A DNA stretch of 35,307 bases from contig JALDZX010000034.1 in the NCBI GenBank assembly GCA_022813865.1, forward strand, positions 186,001 through 221,307, written 5' to 3'. A program made the translations under genes and the position numbers. The notes under the pieces are model-generated. The model ran no database searches. It was not told the DNA's origin and saw only the letters and a program-made list of their open reading frames with translations. The DNA is from Xylographa opegraphella. Its lineage: Eukaryota. This document shows, piece after piece, positions 22,262 to 33,768 of the stretch (the stretch's first letter is position 1; each line of letters opens with the position of its first letter).

Positions 22262-22891
22262 CAAAGGGCTGCCAACTTCCAAGGGACTTTGTTACCTTGC
22301 TTACGGAGACCTTGGGGACTAGCCGCTAACACTGGTCGCAATCTTCAAGGGGACTGTCTGGAATTTAGCTCCGTCCTTCAACCGTCGACGCGGGGTAGAT
22401 CGTGATCCCATGATCAGTGATCAAAGACCTTCAGCCCCGGTCCTTTCTGGCATGAGAAGAAATAAGCATCTAAATCCATCATACGGAGTACAACACCCAT
22501 GCGCGACCGCTGGAGTTACCAAAGAAACTCTCTCCTGCCCCCATCGGAAGAGCAAGAATTACTTTACTAGTCGCCGCCCGTCCCGCTTCCTTCACAAGTG
22601 TCGGTCGATCGGTGGTGCTGCGACGCCGTGGTGCGGTTGGGGCAATCACATGTACAAGAAAGCGAGGAGACTACCATGTACAGCGGCTAATAACAAGGAG
22701 GTATGTATACTGAGCGTCCGCTCCCAACTTTGATCCAACCGCCAGGAAACCTCGCAGAACCCTCGCATAAACCATGTTCGCGCTATGCACGTCGACTGCC
22801 TTCCCGACTCCGCATTTCCCCCAAGTATGTCCAAGAGAACGCCATGATCACCAACCCAGCCGATTTCTATGTTCATGACACATCCGTGAGC

Positions 22892-25114
22892 TTACAGAAA
22901 CGCGCCTCCCATCGATCCACTACTGCCGTTCTTGTGATTTGCGTCGTGAAAGTATGGCTGGTTTGGCAGCTCTGGCTCGCTATCACTGTCATTACCTCGC
23001 CGATTTTCGCTCCGTCGATGCCTATGGCTACCGTAACCCTCGATCTCCTTGTCTTCCATGGCCAAATCTGTGGTCGATGAGGAATGCTCGGAGTCGGTAT
23101 GGTCTCCGTGACGGTGCAGCATACTGTTGGAGTCTCCTTTCACCAACCCGAGGCGCTCCTCTTCCGTAGCGGATTTGATGCCGGGAATGCTGTGTTCTTT
23201 GCTCGTCGTGCGAGACACAATGCCCCGTACGGGCTGAGAGTCATCCGCGGCTGACTCAGCTCGGTTTCTGTGGAAGACATTTTGGAACGAGAACTGCCTT
23301 CTGGCTGCACCTGGTGGTGGGTTGGCCGCCAGACTGCTCGAGGACCTTGTATGATCTTCGACGTTACTGGCCCACATGACAGGCCTCCTAGGGGCTCTGA
23401 AATTTGGTTCGGGAGACACAGAGCCATCGAGCGTTGGTGGTCGTAGTCCCGGTGGGAGGCCATATACATGTGTCAATTCCATAGCTCCTTCTGGCTGATG
23501 GGAATACGCAGTATCGACATCAGTGTCGACGCCTTTATATGGGGGGATCCTGATTTCCTGGAGACCGGATGGACTAGCTAGTGGGTGCGTGTTTGGCAGT
23601 ATTGGCGCCGCACTGTTTGCGTACACGGGCATCAGAGCACCCGTGGCACGTGGCCGCCGAATGCTATTGAACAAGCTTCCTCCAAAACCCGTGCCTTCTG
23701 CCCATCCTCCGGATGCAGGCCGAGATAAATCGTGGTCCTCGGCGGGAAAATGCGTTAGCCCTAATGGTGGATGCAATGTCTTTCGCCGATGGAGGCTTGC
23801 GCCGGGTCCTACCAGTGTAGTCTTACGCCTCCTGAGGCCATCCCATTCCACCTGCTCGTCCTCCCCGATGGACTCCATGTGATCTTTCATTAGGTCCTCG
23901 TGAACCCTCTTGGCCTCGGCCGCTTCCATTTTATGTCTCGATTGGGATATTCTGCGGATGATCGCAGCGGTACCCCTGATAGCATCTGCCTTGGGCTCCG
24001 ATTCCGGTTGCTCTTGCTCAGCCACAGTACGCACTTGGTCCAGATCCCCGGAAAATACTGCGGCATCTGGAACGTCTTTCGCTGATTTGGACAATTGTAA
24101 TAAGATCACACCAGAGCAGATCTCCAGGAAGCCCATTATAATCGTAGCGATGCTAGTGGGAGTCCCTTTGAATCCACGAAACAAGATGGAAGAGCTTACT
24201 ATGGTCGCGCTGGTAAAGAAGACATAATAAGTAGGTGTTACGAGGGCAGCATTGAAAAGGTTCAAGGCTTTCTAAAACACCATTAGAGAAACTCGGACCT
24301 CAAACACGGGACAGAATCTTACGTTGAGATAGATTATCTCGGTCACTAGCGTGCAAACGACGAATACAAGGAGAACGTATAAAAACCACTGGTTAAATTG
24401 GGGAGTCCCTCCGGCTTGCGCCACTACGGCAGCCCCCAATCCTTGAGTGGCGACGACACTGAGTCCCCCAATTAGACTGCATATGCTCAGGTACACAAGC
24501 ATACTCTTCTTCCCATACCGTGGACCAACCCAGAAGGCGATAAAGGCACATCCAATTATGATAACTCCGGTATAGCTGAGGAAGCCAGGGGCTATAACAT
24601 AGGACTGCATTTCTTGAATCGTAGCGGCAGAGCTTTGGGCAGGCGCGTTGAGCAATATGATGATAGACCCGACTATACAAATGAAACAGCCAATCTTGCC
24701 AACAAAGCTCAGGCGTTCTTTGAGAAAGATCGCCGAAAGAATCGTGGTTACGACCACCGATAAGGCCCCAAGAGGTGTAACGAGAATGGCGTCGACGAAG
24801 GCATATGCGACGAAGTTGCAGATTTCTCCAATAATCATCAGTGTCATTCCAGTCCACCAATAGGCGTTCTTGAGATATCCATAGCCTTCACCAGCCTCTT
24901 CGTTATATTTCACATTGGCTTTCAGAAGACCCACTTTCTTCAGCACGAACGAAACACCGATGAAGAGGCCCGATGCCACTGCGAGAGATATTCCAACTGC
25001 CTTGTAAACTGGGGGCCGGGATGCGGTACTTGGGTCTGTTGTGTGTGTAGCGTTTGTAGTATTTCGCACCAATATTTCATGGCTGACATGTAAAAGCTCC
25101 GATCCTATTTCCAT
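22892..25114 (-). CDS. NIPA-family (DUF803) magnesium transporter, ~723 aa with long disordered C-terminal tail
   Basis: Exons 25114-24323 and 24271-22892; 51-nt intron GTAAGA...CTAAT...TAG. Motifs GLFIGVSFVLKKVG, WWTGMTLMIIGEICNFVAYAF, LVTPLGALSV, YLSICSLIGGLSV and YLNKALNLFNAALVTPTYYVFFT. Confidence 0.93.
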
Positions 25115-26035
25115 GATTTCCGATCAATATAGACAGGGAGAGGGATCTGTGATCCACTCAAAGTCATCCAAGGTCTAATCGCAGTGAGGTGAACTCAATA
25201 GTTTACAGGGAGACGGAAGTCTCTCAGCTCCAGACTCGTAGACGGCAGTCCTTTGTGAAATGATGCATGCTATAGAAGAGGGCAGAATTTAGTTGAGCTT
25301 TGGATATTTTCCGAGAGAAAGCGGCGAGGCACTGAGCCTTGAGCGGCAATCTGTAGAATGCTATCGTGGGGGTCAAGTTGTAGTCGTAAACGGGGGGAAT
25401 GCGCCAAAAGAGGTGTCTTGCGCACTAGCTAGCTGCTGGTTACCGTACGTTTCTAGCAGAACCTCGACGAATGGTGGCTGCTGTCAAATGCTATGAGGTC
25501 TTGAAAATCCCAGATATCTTTGGGGAGGCTGAAGATACCATGACCGCGAGTCCGGTTTTCCCAGCAGAATGAACATCGCGTGTCGCCATGTTACTATTCT
25601 GAGACACGGCGGGCGGGGAGCTACTGCTCGACCAATACCTGAAACGTGTTTGAATGAAAATGCGTAATAGGGGCAAAATATTTCTGCTCAACATTTTCAG
25701 ACACGGAGTAGAATTGCGTTGATCATTTAACAGTATGTTAGTATGCGAACGATATTAATCTACACTATCCATATTTGTGCGTCTTCCTATTATGATACAT
25801 CACATCGTTATAATGGTCAAGCAAGTTCAACACTGAACCAAAAATCAATATTTACCACCAAAATCCTTCCCAAAGCTAGCGGTTATGATAACATCGACCA
25901 TCGACCCCACACAAACTTAGACTCCTCAAGACGATGACTTATCGAAAGATGCGAACTGTGTATCCCAATGCCCATGGTTCCTTTTCTCCATGAATTCCAT
26001 TTTTCGAGTTTCGTGTCCCATGCACCACTTATTTT

Positions 26036-27898
26036 CTAGTAACGGTCAATGTATTCGGGTTTCCGTGCCATGTTTACCACCGGAGGTGGACCGTCATTTT
26101 CTGGATATGGTAGGGTGTTATCATTGTCTTGCGGCAATGTGTTAAACCGCGTATTTTCGTGTCTATCGTGGTATTTTATAGGGGTTTTTGGTGGAAGCGG
26201 CGGCGGCGGCTCTGGCCCTCCGTGGACATCTTCACTTCTCCTTGAAGGCGGTATGATAGAGCTATTGGAATTTTTGGGGTGGTCATTTGGCATTTGCAAC
26301 GATTGGTCTGAAGGAATGACCATGAACTTGTCCTGTGAAGACGAAAACTGGGTATACCGTGCAGTTGTCAAAGCATGTTGAGTCCCCGGCCGCGATAAGG
26401 GTTGACGCACTGGCCCATCATCGCCAGGAAGCTCAATAGCATATGGGTCAAGAGGGGGTGGAACATTTAGGGGCCGTGGTCGTTCGTAGCCGTCAAGCTC
26501 ACCAGCAGTAGTGTACAACACATGTCGCCTTTTCGCCCTTTCTATTCTTGCCATCTTTGCTGCCGCATCTTCATTGATTCGCTTGGTCTCCGGTTTCGAG
26601 AGATACATCCTCGTACTGGTACTCACATCAGCCAGTCGACTCCATTCGTTCATGCCAAACTCCCCGACCCCAACCTCAACATTGAGACGATAATAATTTT
26701 CCGGATCAACGCCCCTCTTAGCAAGATGTTCGTTACGCATGAAAAGATGGGTATCTTCGCAGCTCTCAATCTTGCTGATGAGTCGTCGCCTTGCTTCGGC
26801 CCAGTCCCCCATCCCTCCACCAATAAACCCCTCCCACCACTCGTGTTGGTTGCGATTCGAAGAAGCTGGCCGCTTGCCTGTGCCGATGCTAACAAAGACG
26901 CCGATCTCTCTTCCTGGCCACTCATTGACAGCGGCTTCGTCCAAAATTTGAGGAGCAGGGTTATAATTCCCAGATCCCTCGTCAATAAACATTATCTGCC
27001 CAATCTGAATTGGTTTGAAGGCTAAACCAATAGCTGAGGTAGCTCTTCCAGCTTGCCATATACTACAATTAAATTCTGGGGCCGGTTCTTTCCGCGAATC
27101 ATACGACCGTAATAGTACCGAGCTCCCATTCTTCGGGGTACCTTTATAGACCGCTGTCACTGCACTTGCTAACGCTCAGTTCTGATTAGCACACCGGAGA
27201 TAGACGCACTTACGTCTTCGTCCTGTTTCCCCTCGAATCGTATAGGGAAGCGTTTGGATTGCCCCAGCGAGACGGCGTCATCGTGTTGCGCGAGGCTATT
27301 GGGCTGAACCCACTGAACTCACTGTTGACGGATGCGAGAGACTGCCGTTTCTCTGCATCGTTCAATGTGCTCCCTGACGGGCTCATTGGTAATTCTCTTC
27401 CACCTCTAGCAGTTCCGTCATTACCCTCGTCCTCAAATATGGTGTGTTCTCGTACACAGTCCTTGATCGCATCCTCGAGCTTCGACGCCTTGAACAGAGT
27501 AGACCTGTATGGGATGCCAGCAATAGTCTTATCGGTTTCAAATACTCTTTTCGTCATACGCACGTAAACTTCTTTGCAGGTTTCGATATCGAGCCGTAAG
27601 CGGCCTAGCATGATCGCGATCAGACCTCCAGTCCCCGTTCCCGCAATAAGATCAAAGTAATCGCATGGCTTCGGTATCTGGTCCCTCCGCGGAGGCCTTC
27701 CCTCGGCTTCATTATAAGTTTTATACATGAGTTCCTGCAGGAGGATAAGCATAGAATAGCCGCGAACACCTCCGCCATCTACCAGAGTGTTAGTGGTTGC
27801 TGGATCTCAGCGGGTGCCCGCCAACCTAATGATAAAATACGAAGAGGTGGGCCTTTTGTAGTATCCTTGCGGCGAAGCCCTGATCCAGCCTCCATCAT
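26036..27898 (-). CDS. Patatin-like phospholipase-domain protein (iPLA2-like), ~588 aa, with degenerate catalytic motifs and Pro-rich tail
   Basis: Exons 27898-27826, 27778-27214, 27164-26036 (1767 nt). Motifs LRILSLDGGGVRG, PCDYFDLIAGTGTGGLIAIMLGRL, IWQAGRATSA, FIDEG, VSIGTG and YYRLNV. The tail contains PPPPLPPKTP and LPYP. Confidence 0.9.
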
Positions 27899-28321
27899 TA
27901 AATGTGCCCGCCACACGGGGTGCTGGAGCTGCAGTCAAGCTGGCAGGAAGTGGTGTACTAGGTCGTTAGATTGTCAAAGTTACAAACAGATTCTGTCAGT
28001 TGAGTTATCAAAGTAAAGCTGCTATTACGAGATGCAGGGAAGTGGATTGGCGTGGAGTATTTAGTACTTTGATTGCAGCGCAGCTGCTCTAAGATGATGG
28101 GGGGGTTCAAATCGAATATCGGCCGCTAGTGAAGTAGAATGTTCCGCGCCGAAGACCAATCAACTACCTTACTGTAAGGTCGGGGGAGGAATAAATAGTA
28201 TTAATTTTGTACGGAGCTACATACCATAAGTCCTTAGAATCCACTAGTAAATGCAGTGCTCGTTATTATAACACGATTAATTATTCTCAATTAATCTTTA
28301 GGGGAGCGATAAAGGAGTTAT

Positions 28322-28518
28322 TGTTGAAAGGTACGATGGGTACTGAAGCGCAGTGGTCATTCTAGCAGAATATATGGGTAAACAAGTGTGTTGTATTAGC
28401 TATGAACAACTACGAGACTATATGCTCGCGCACTANNNNNNNNNNNNNNNNNGCGGCCCGAGCTCTCGCTTAGCAGCTCTCGCTATCCTGCAGGCAGGCC
28501 GGGACTCTATTTCTAACA
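28322..28518. mobile_element. Candidate LTR fragment(s) spanning the assembly gap (TGTTGAAAG ... TTTCTAACA)
   Basis: Relatively GC-rich island bounded by TGTT... and ...AACA, which are typical LTR termini. It ends abruptly at 28518, where RIP-degraded sequence begins. No clean TSD (GTTAT vs GAGAT), and an N-gap lies inside. Confidence 0.35.
28436..28452. other. Assembly gap (17 N)
   Basis: Run of N; true length and contiguity unknown. Confidence 0.99.
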
Positions 28519-31499
28519 GAGATTATAAAAAAATTATTTTCAAATAAAAACGATTTTATTGAAAAATCGACTCGATATGTATTAACAAAGGTTAGCAGGG
28601 CGAATAAAATTAAAGTTTAAAAAAAGTAACGCACCTTTTAATATCCCTAAGAAATATAAAGTATCAATATAGGTTTTTTTTAAAAAAAAAAAAAAAACTT
28701 AACGCTTTATTTAAATATTAACTTTGAGATTACGAAATTAATTTTCAACCAAGGAAAAAACCAGTATTTAAATTTATATACGATATATTAAAAAAAGAAC
28801 TTCAAGAGTTTCGTAAATATATTAATAAAAATTTAAAAAAGAATTTAAACGAGAATCAAAAATTTTAATATTATTATATTTAAAAAAAATTAAAATTTGT
28901 AATAATTATCGAAAGCTAAACGATATTACTATTAAAAATCGATGTTTACTATTAAAAATTAGCGAAATACGAAGTAAACTTGACAAAATAAAAGTTTTTA
29001 TTAAATTTAATTTTAAAAACGTATATAGTTTAATTAAAATGGAAAAACGAGGAATAGAAATCGCGTTTCGAAGTAAATATAAATAGTATAAATAGTATAA
29101 ATATTAAATTATGTTTTTTAAGTTAATTAATATACTAATTATTTATTAAGTATTAATTAATAGCGTATTAAAGGCATACTTGAATTTAACGATAATAATT
29201 AATTTAAATAATATATTTATTTACTCGAAATTAGCAAAAGAATATATAAAATACGTATAAAAATATTTATATATTTAGAAAAGGCAAAACTACTTTTTAA
29301 ATTAAAAGAATATGAATTTAGCAAAAACGAAGTAATTTTTCTAGAATTTATCATTAGCAAAAACGAAATTAAAATAAACCTAGAAAAAATTCGAGCTATA
29401 TTAAAATAGTTTCAATTGATAATAGCGAAAAAGATATTAAGATTTTTTAAAGTTTATAAATTTTAATAAAATTTTAATTCAAAATTACTTTAAAAAGGCA
29501 ATATCTTCAATAAATATAGTATATAAAAATTTGAACCAACAATAAATCTTTAATATTTTAAAAAAAGTTATATTAAATTACTAATTTTAATAATATTTCA
29601 AACAAAAAAATCTGCTGGAATAAAGATTAATATATCGAACTTGAGTATTAAAGTATATATATTGCCAATAAAAAATAAAATAAATAAATTTTTATTGCCA
29701 ATAAAAAATTAAAAAATAAAAATTTATTGTAGATTATTTAAGAAAAATATCGCAAGCAGAACAAAACTACGATATTCATAATTAAAAATTATTTATAATA
29801 ATAGTATATATATAAAATTAAAGAATACACGCTAAAAGCTATTTAAAACTTATAATATATACGAATTATGAAAATTTACTAAATTTTATTACGACAAAAG
29901 TATTTAATAAAAAATAAATATAATAGATTAAAATTTTAAAATAGTATAAATTTAAAATTATTTATATTTTAAGAAAAAATAATGGGAAATAAAATACGTT
30001 TAGTAGCAAAAAAACTTTACAAACAAAGAATTAATAAATAAAGTATTGCTAAAATTAAATAATAAAAACGCACTAATCATAATAAAATTAATTACAGTTT
30101 TTAAAATAAAAATTATAAAGAAAGATTCAAAGAACTTATTAACAGAGAAATTAATTAAGTATTATATTATACTAAATTTATAAATAATTATTTAAAAGTT
30201 CTTAAAACGATAAAATTTATGAAAAGAAATTATAACTTTTTAAATATCAAAAAAATATATAAAAATATTTATCAAAAAGTGTATATTATGCCAAAAAAAC
30301 AAGTCAATCAGGTATATAATATATAAAAATATTTAATTTGCAGAAATATTAAAGGTATTATAAAAATAAATCTCGATAAATTTTATTATTAAATTATCGA
30401 AATTTAAAAATTCTATTACGAATTAATTATATAATTTAATTATAATAATAATAAATAAGCTTATTAAATACTTTATGATCATATTATTTAAAGAAATATA
30501 TACAATAAATAGTTGATATTCCTAATATTAAATTAGTTAATACGAAATTATAGATTTTTAATAAAAATAATTTTAAATAAAGATAAATTATTTATGTTTA
30601 ATTTCTAAAAGATTTTACTATTTAATTAGAAATTAATTTAAAGATATTAATAATTTATTATTTATAAATTAGTAAACAAATGAAACTAGTAAATTAAAAA
30701 TTAGAAATATATTTAAAATATTATATTAACTTTAAGTTAAATAATTAAATATTATTGTTATTATTAAAATAACTGACACTGAATAATAAATAATTCGCGA
30801 TAACGAGTTTAATAGCCTTTTTCGCGAAGTTAAAATAATATTCGAATATATTCGAAGAATTAAAACCAGGTTTTAATATAAATAAAGTAATAATATTAGT
30901 TAAGAATTCAAAAAATACGTACGAAACGTTATTAACAAAAATTCGATAAAATAAAGTTAAAATTATTACTATAAAATATAATAACAAAAAAGTAATTTAT
31001 AATTAAAAAAGGAAAATAAAATATACTTTTTATAAAAAATTTAATAATTAGTAAAAATCGAAGTAAAAAATTCAATTATATCAAAGTCGAATTATTTTCA
31101 ATCAAGCAAGTTAAAGAATTAATTAAATATTTCCTCAATCTGTTAAAAAATATAAAATATATTTAGTAATTTAAATCTTTTGTTATAACTAATCTGTTAA
31201 TATAATAAAAAATAAAAATAAAAATTCGAAGTAAAGAAAATTCTGAATAAATAAAATTGAAATTATTTAATTAAGTAAAAAAAAGATTTAAACTCAAATA
31301 ATATATAAAAACTATTCACCGACCTTGAAAACTATCGGGAATTTCGTTAAAAAATTTACCAAAAAGTTCTCGAGTTTTAATAATAAAGCATTTAGAGAAA
31401 AAAAAAGAAAAAATTTTAAAAAAAATTGTTAATAAAGACTTTCGCCTTTTAACTTTTATTACTTTTTAAAAATAAAATTAAATATTTTACGTTAAAATA

Positions 31500-31567
31500 T
31501 TTTTCGTTTTTCGTTTTTCGTTTTTCGTTTTTCGTTTTTCGTTTTTCGTTTTTCGTTTTTCGTTTTT
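31500..31567. repeat. (TTTTTCG)9 heptanucleotide microsatellite
   Basis: Nine perfect copies with period 7 (CG at 31505, 31512 ... 31561). Confidence 0.95.
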
Positions 31568-31850
31568 AATGTTTAAAAGCCGACGCTTTTTACGGCCAAG
31601 GGTTTTTTTTAATTTAATTACTTGACGTTTTATTTTATTTTATTGTCTTTTTAAGTTACGACGATCGACTTTTATTATAATAAAAAAATAAACTTTAATA
31701 GTAATATAATCTACGCAGAAATTCGACTTCGAAAAAATCTCGCAAATTAAATAATTTTTAATACAGCGATTACAGGGATGTATCGTAAACTTATTTTATT
31801 ATAAATATTAAGCGATTAAGTCTTTTGATGATAAACGCTGAATATTTTAT
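31563..31850 (-). pseudogene. Relic antisense ORF inside the gypsy element: Zn-cluster-like Cys motif plus coiled coil
   Basis: The minus strand reads FTIHPCNRCIKNYLICEIFSKSNFCVDYITIKVYFFIIIKVDRRNLKRQ*NKIKRQVIKLKKTLGRKKRRLLN in one frame. The pattern is C-x2-C-x6-C-x8-C-x2-Y-x5-Y, with TAT codons derivable from TGT/TGC by RIP; the stops are TAA (from CAA). Confidence 0.6.
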
Positions 31851-31913
31851 GTTTTAATATAGTATAAAATAATGATTGAAATTCTTCCGAAGCAAGAATT
31901 TGAGGAAAAAAAT

Positions 31914-32180
31914 TAGTAATAAAATTTTAATTAATACTATATAAAATAAAATTAAAACAATCTTATTTCGAGTACCTTTTCTGCCTTCGACGAAAGTATA
32001 AAAAATATAATTTTAGCCTCGATTGCCTTCGGCGAAGGTATATAAAATATTATGAAATAAAATTTTTATATAAAGTAAAGAATTCCTTTTATTATAAAAA
32101 ACGTATTCAATTTACAGTAAAATTTAATATAATTTTATATTAAAATTATTATTTCTTTAAGAACGATAAATCTGTTACTA
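31914..32180 (+). repeat. 3' LTR (~267 bp) of the gypsy element, RIP-mutated
   Basis: Preceded by a purine tract GAGGAAAAAAA (31902-31912, a RIPed PPT) and the hairpin AATTCTT-n7-AAGAATT. The ends TAGTAATAAA...TCTGTTACTA are inverted repeats differing only by transitions. LINE-like coding relics start right after. Confidence 0.62.
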
Positions 32181-32950
32181 TATCTTTTTATTTATTTATT
32201 AACGAATTCAACTTAAATTCTTAATCAAGCTGTACCAGTGTGATTCAGGATCGTAATATTTCTAAAGTAAATTCAATAAATGTTGTCGAATGTTTTTACG
32301 AAAAAAAACTTTCGTAAAATATTATTAATTAAATTAATGAAGGTTATATACAGACCGCAGTTTAATAAAGCGTCGAAAATATTTAATATTCTTAATAAAA
32401 TTCTTTAAACTGGCTTTTCGACTTTAAATTATTTTTATTTATTTTATTTAACGCATGCGTTAAAACGACGTATTATTTGTTTTTTTTATAAAAAAACGAA
32501 TATTATAGCCCTTCGCAAGCCGGGGAAAAAACTATATAAATTCGGAATTTTATAGGCCCATCGTTTTTTCAATATAATGAAAAAGGCTTTCAAATCGATT
32601 ATCGCAATAAGAATTAACGACCTGAGAAAAAAATATATTTTATTTTGAGTTTGTTAAATAAAAGCGAGACGCGGGCGATTTATTAAAATAACGTTAAAAT
32701 TATTTATAAATTAAATTTATGTAATATTACATAAGAATAACGATTCCGTAATAACGATATTAAACTTGAATATTAATAACGTTTTTAATAATATATTTTA
32801 TTAACGGCTGCTATATAACCTGCGTGAATAAAAAATCCTTAATTATGTTATAATATAAATGGATAGTTTTTTAAAAAATCGACAATTATTTTCCAACGTT
32901 TAATGACTAAACGAGCGTTATAAATAACATTAACGACGAGATTTCGCAGG

Positions 32951-33238
32951 TTTTATTATTTTTATAATTTTTATAATTTTTATTATTTTTATTATTTTTA
33001 TTATTTTTATTATTTTTATTATTTTTATTATTTTTATTATTTTTATTATTTTTATTATTTTTATTATTTTTATTATTTTTATTATTTTTATTATTTTTAT
33101 TATTTTTATTATTTTTATTATTNNNNNNNNNNNNATTATTTTTATTATTTTTATTATTTTTATTATTTTTATTATTTTTATTATTTTTATTATTTTTAAT
33201 TTTTATTATTTTTATTATTTTTAATTTTTAATTTTTAA
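32951..33238. repeat. (TTATTATTT)n 9-bp tandem expansion inside the LINE RT (includes a 12-N gap at 33123-33134)
   Basis: About 30 visible units, with variants TTATAATTT and TTTAATTTT at the edges. Confidence 0.95.
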
Positions 33239-33585
33239 TATGAATTTATTTGATGATTGTAATCAATTAAATCTAAAAGTTATATCTATAAATTTCGTAA
33301 ACGACGTTAATATACTGATTTACGACCGTTTAATTACAAAAACTATAGAATTTTGATTTAAATATATAGAAAAATATATAATATAAATAAAAATACGGCG
33401 CCGCCTTCGCGCTTGAAAAATATAAAATAATTTATTTTTTATGTATTTTTAAGAAATTTGATATTACAGCGACGTTATAAACGGCGGAGGCCATTATTAA
33501 CTTAAATTTGTTTTAAAATTTTAAGCGTTTAAATTAATACGAAATTAAAATAAAACGTATAATTATAAAATATAAAAATCAAAAA

Positions 33586-33768
33586 TGTGACGGCTATGAC
33601 ATCAGTCACAGGTAATAGGGGTCGGGCTGGATCAGGACTAGCACCTTTAGTATATAGTCTCGCCCATGGAGCAGCCTCACCGCTTCTCCATCTTAATCTG
33701 GGTTGAAATCGTCCACCTAAAGCTTACGTTCTAAGCGTGCTTGTGTGGTGAGTTGATGAGCCGTAACA
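33586..33768. mobile_element. Intact, non-RIPed 183-bp solo LTR inserted in the LINE
   Basis: TG...CA termini; terminal inverted repeat TGTGACGGCT / AGCCGTAACA (9 of 10 match); 5-bp target-site duplication AAAAA (33581-33585 and 33769-33773); balanced GC within AT-rich flanks. Removing it rejoins the LINE frame (IKIKNTI). Confidence 0.88.

Larger units (their letters stand above)
28519..32180 (+). mobile_element. RIP-degraded Ty3/gypsy (chromovirus) LTR retrotransposon, 5' part missing
   Basis: Relic translations: RT 'NYRKLNDITIKNR' (~28904), 'IAFRSKY', 'SVLKAYLNLTIIINLNNIFIYS' (YLDD position 29201-29212), 'NEVIFLEFIIS'; RNase H 'SQAEQNYDIHN' (~29750); integrase 'ISINFIIKL...IINKLIKY' (~30370-30470); chromodomain 'FEVKKIL...YLIK*K...NI*KLFTDLENY' (31225-31335). 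A PPT and 3' LTR follow. Confidence 0.88.

Noticed and set aside
30745..30987. 80-aa minus-strand ORF in the AT-rich block
   Set aside because: It is a low-complexity F/I/N/Y product antisense to the RIPed integrase, with a non-ATG start and no motif.
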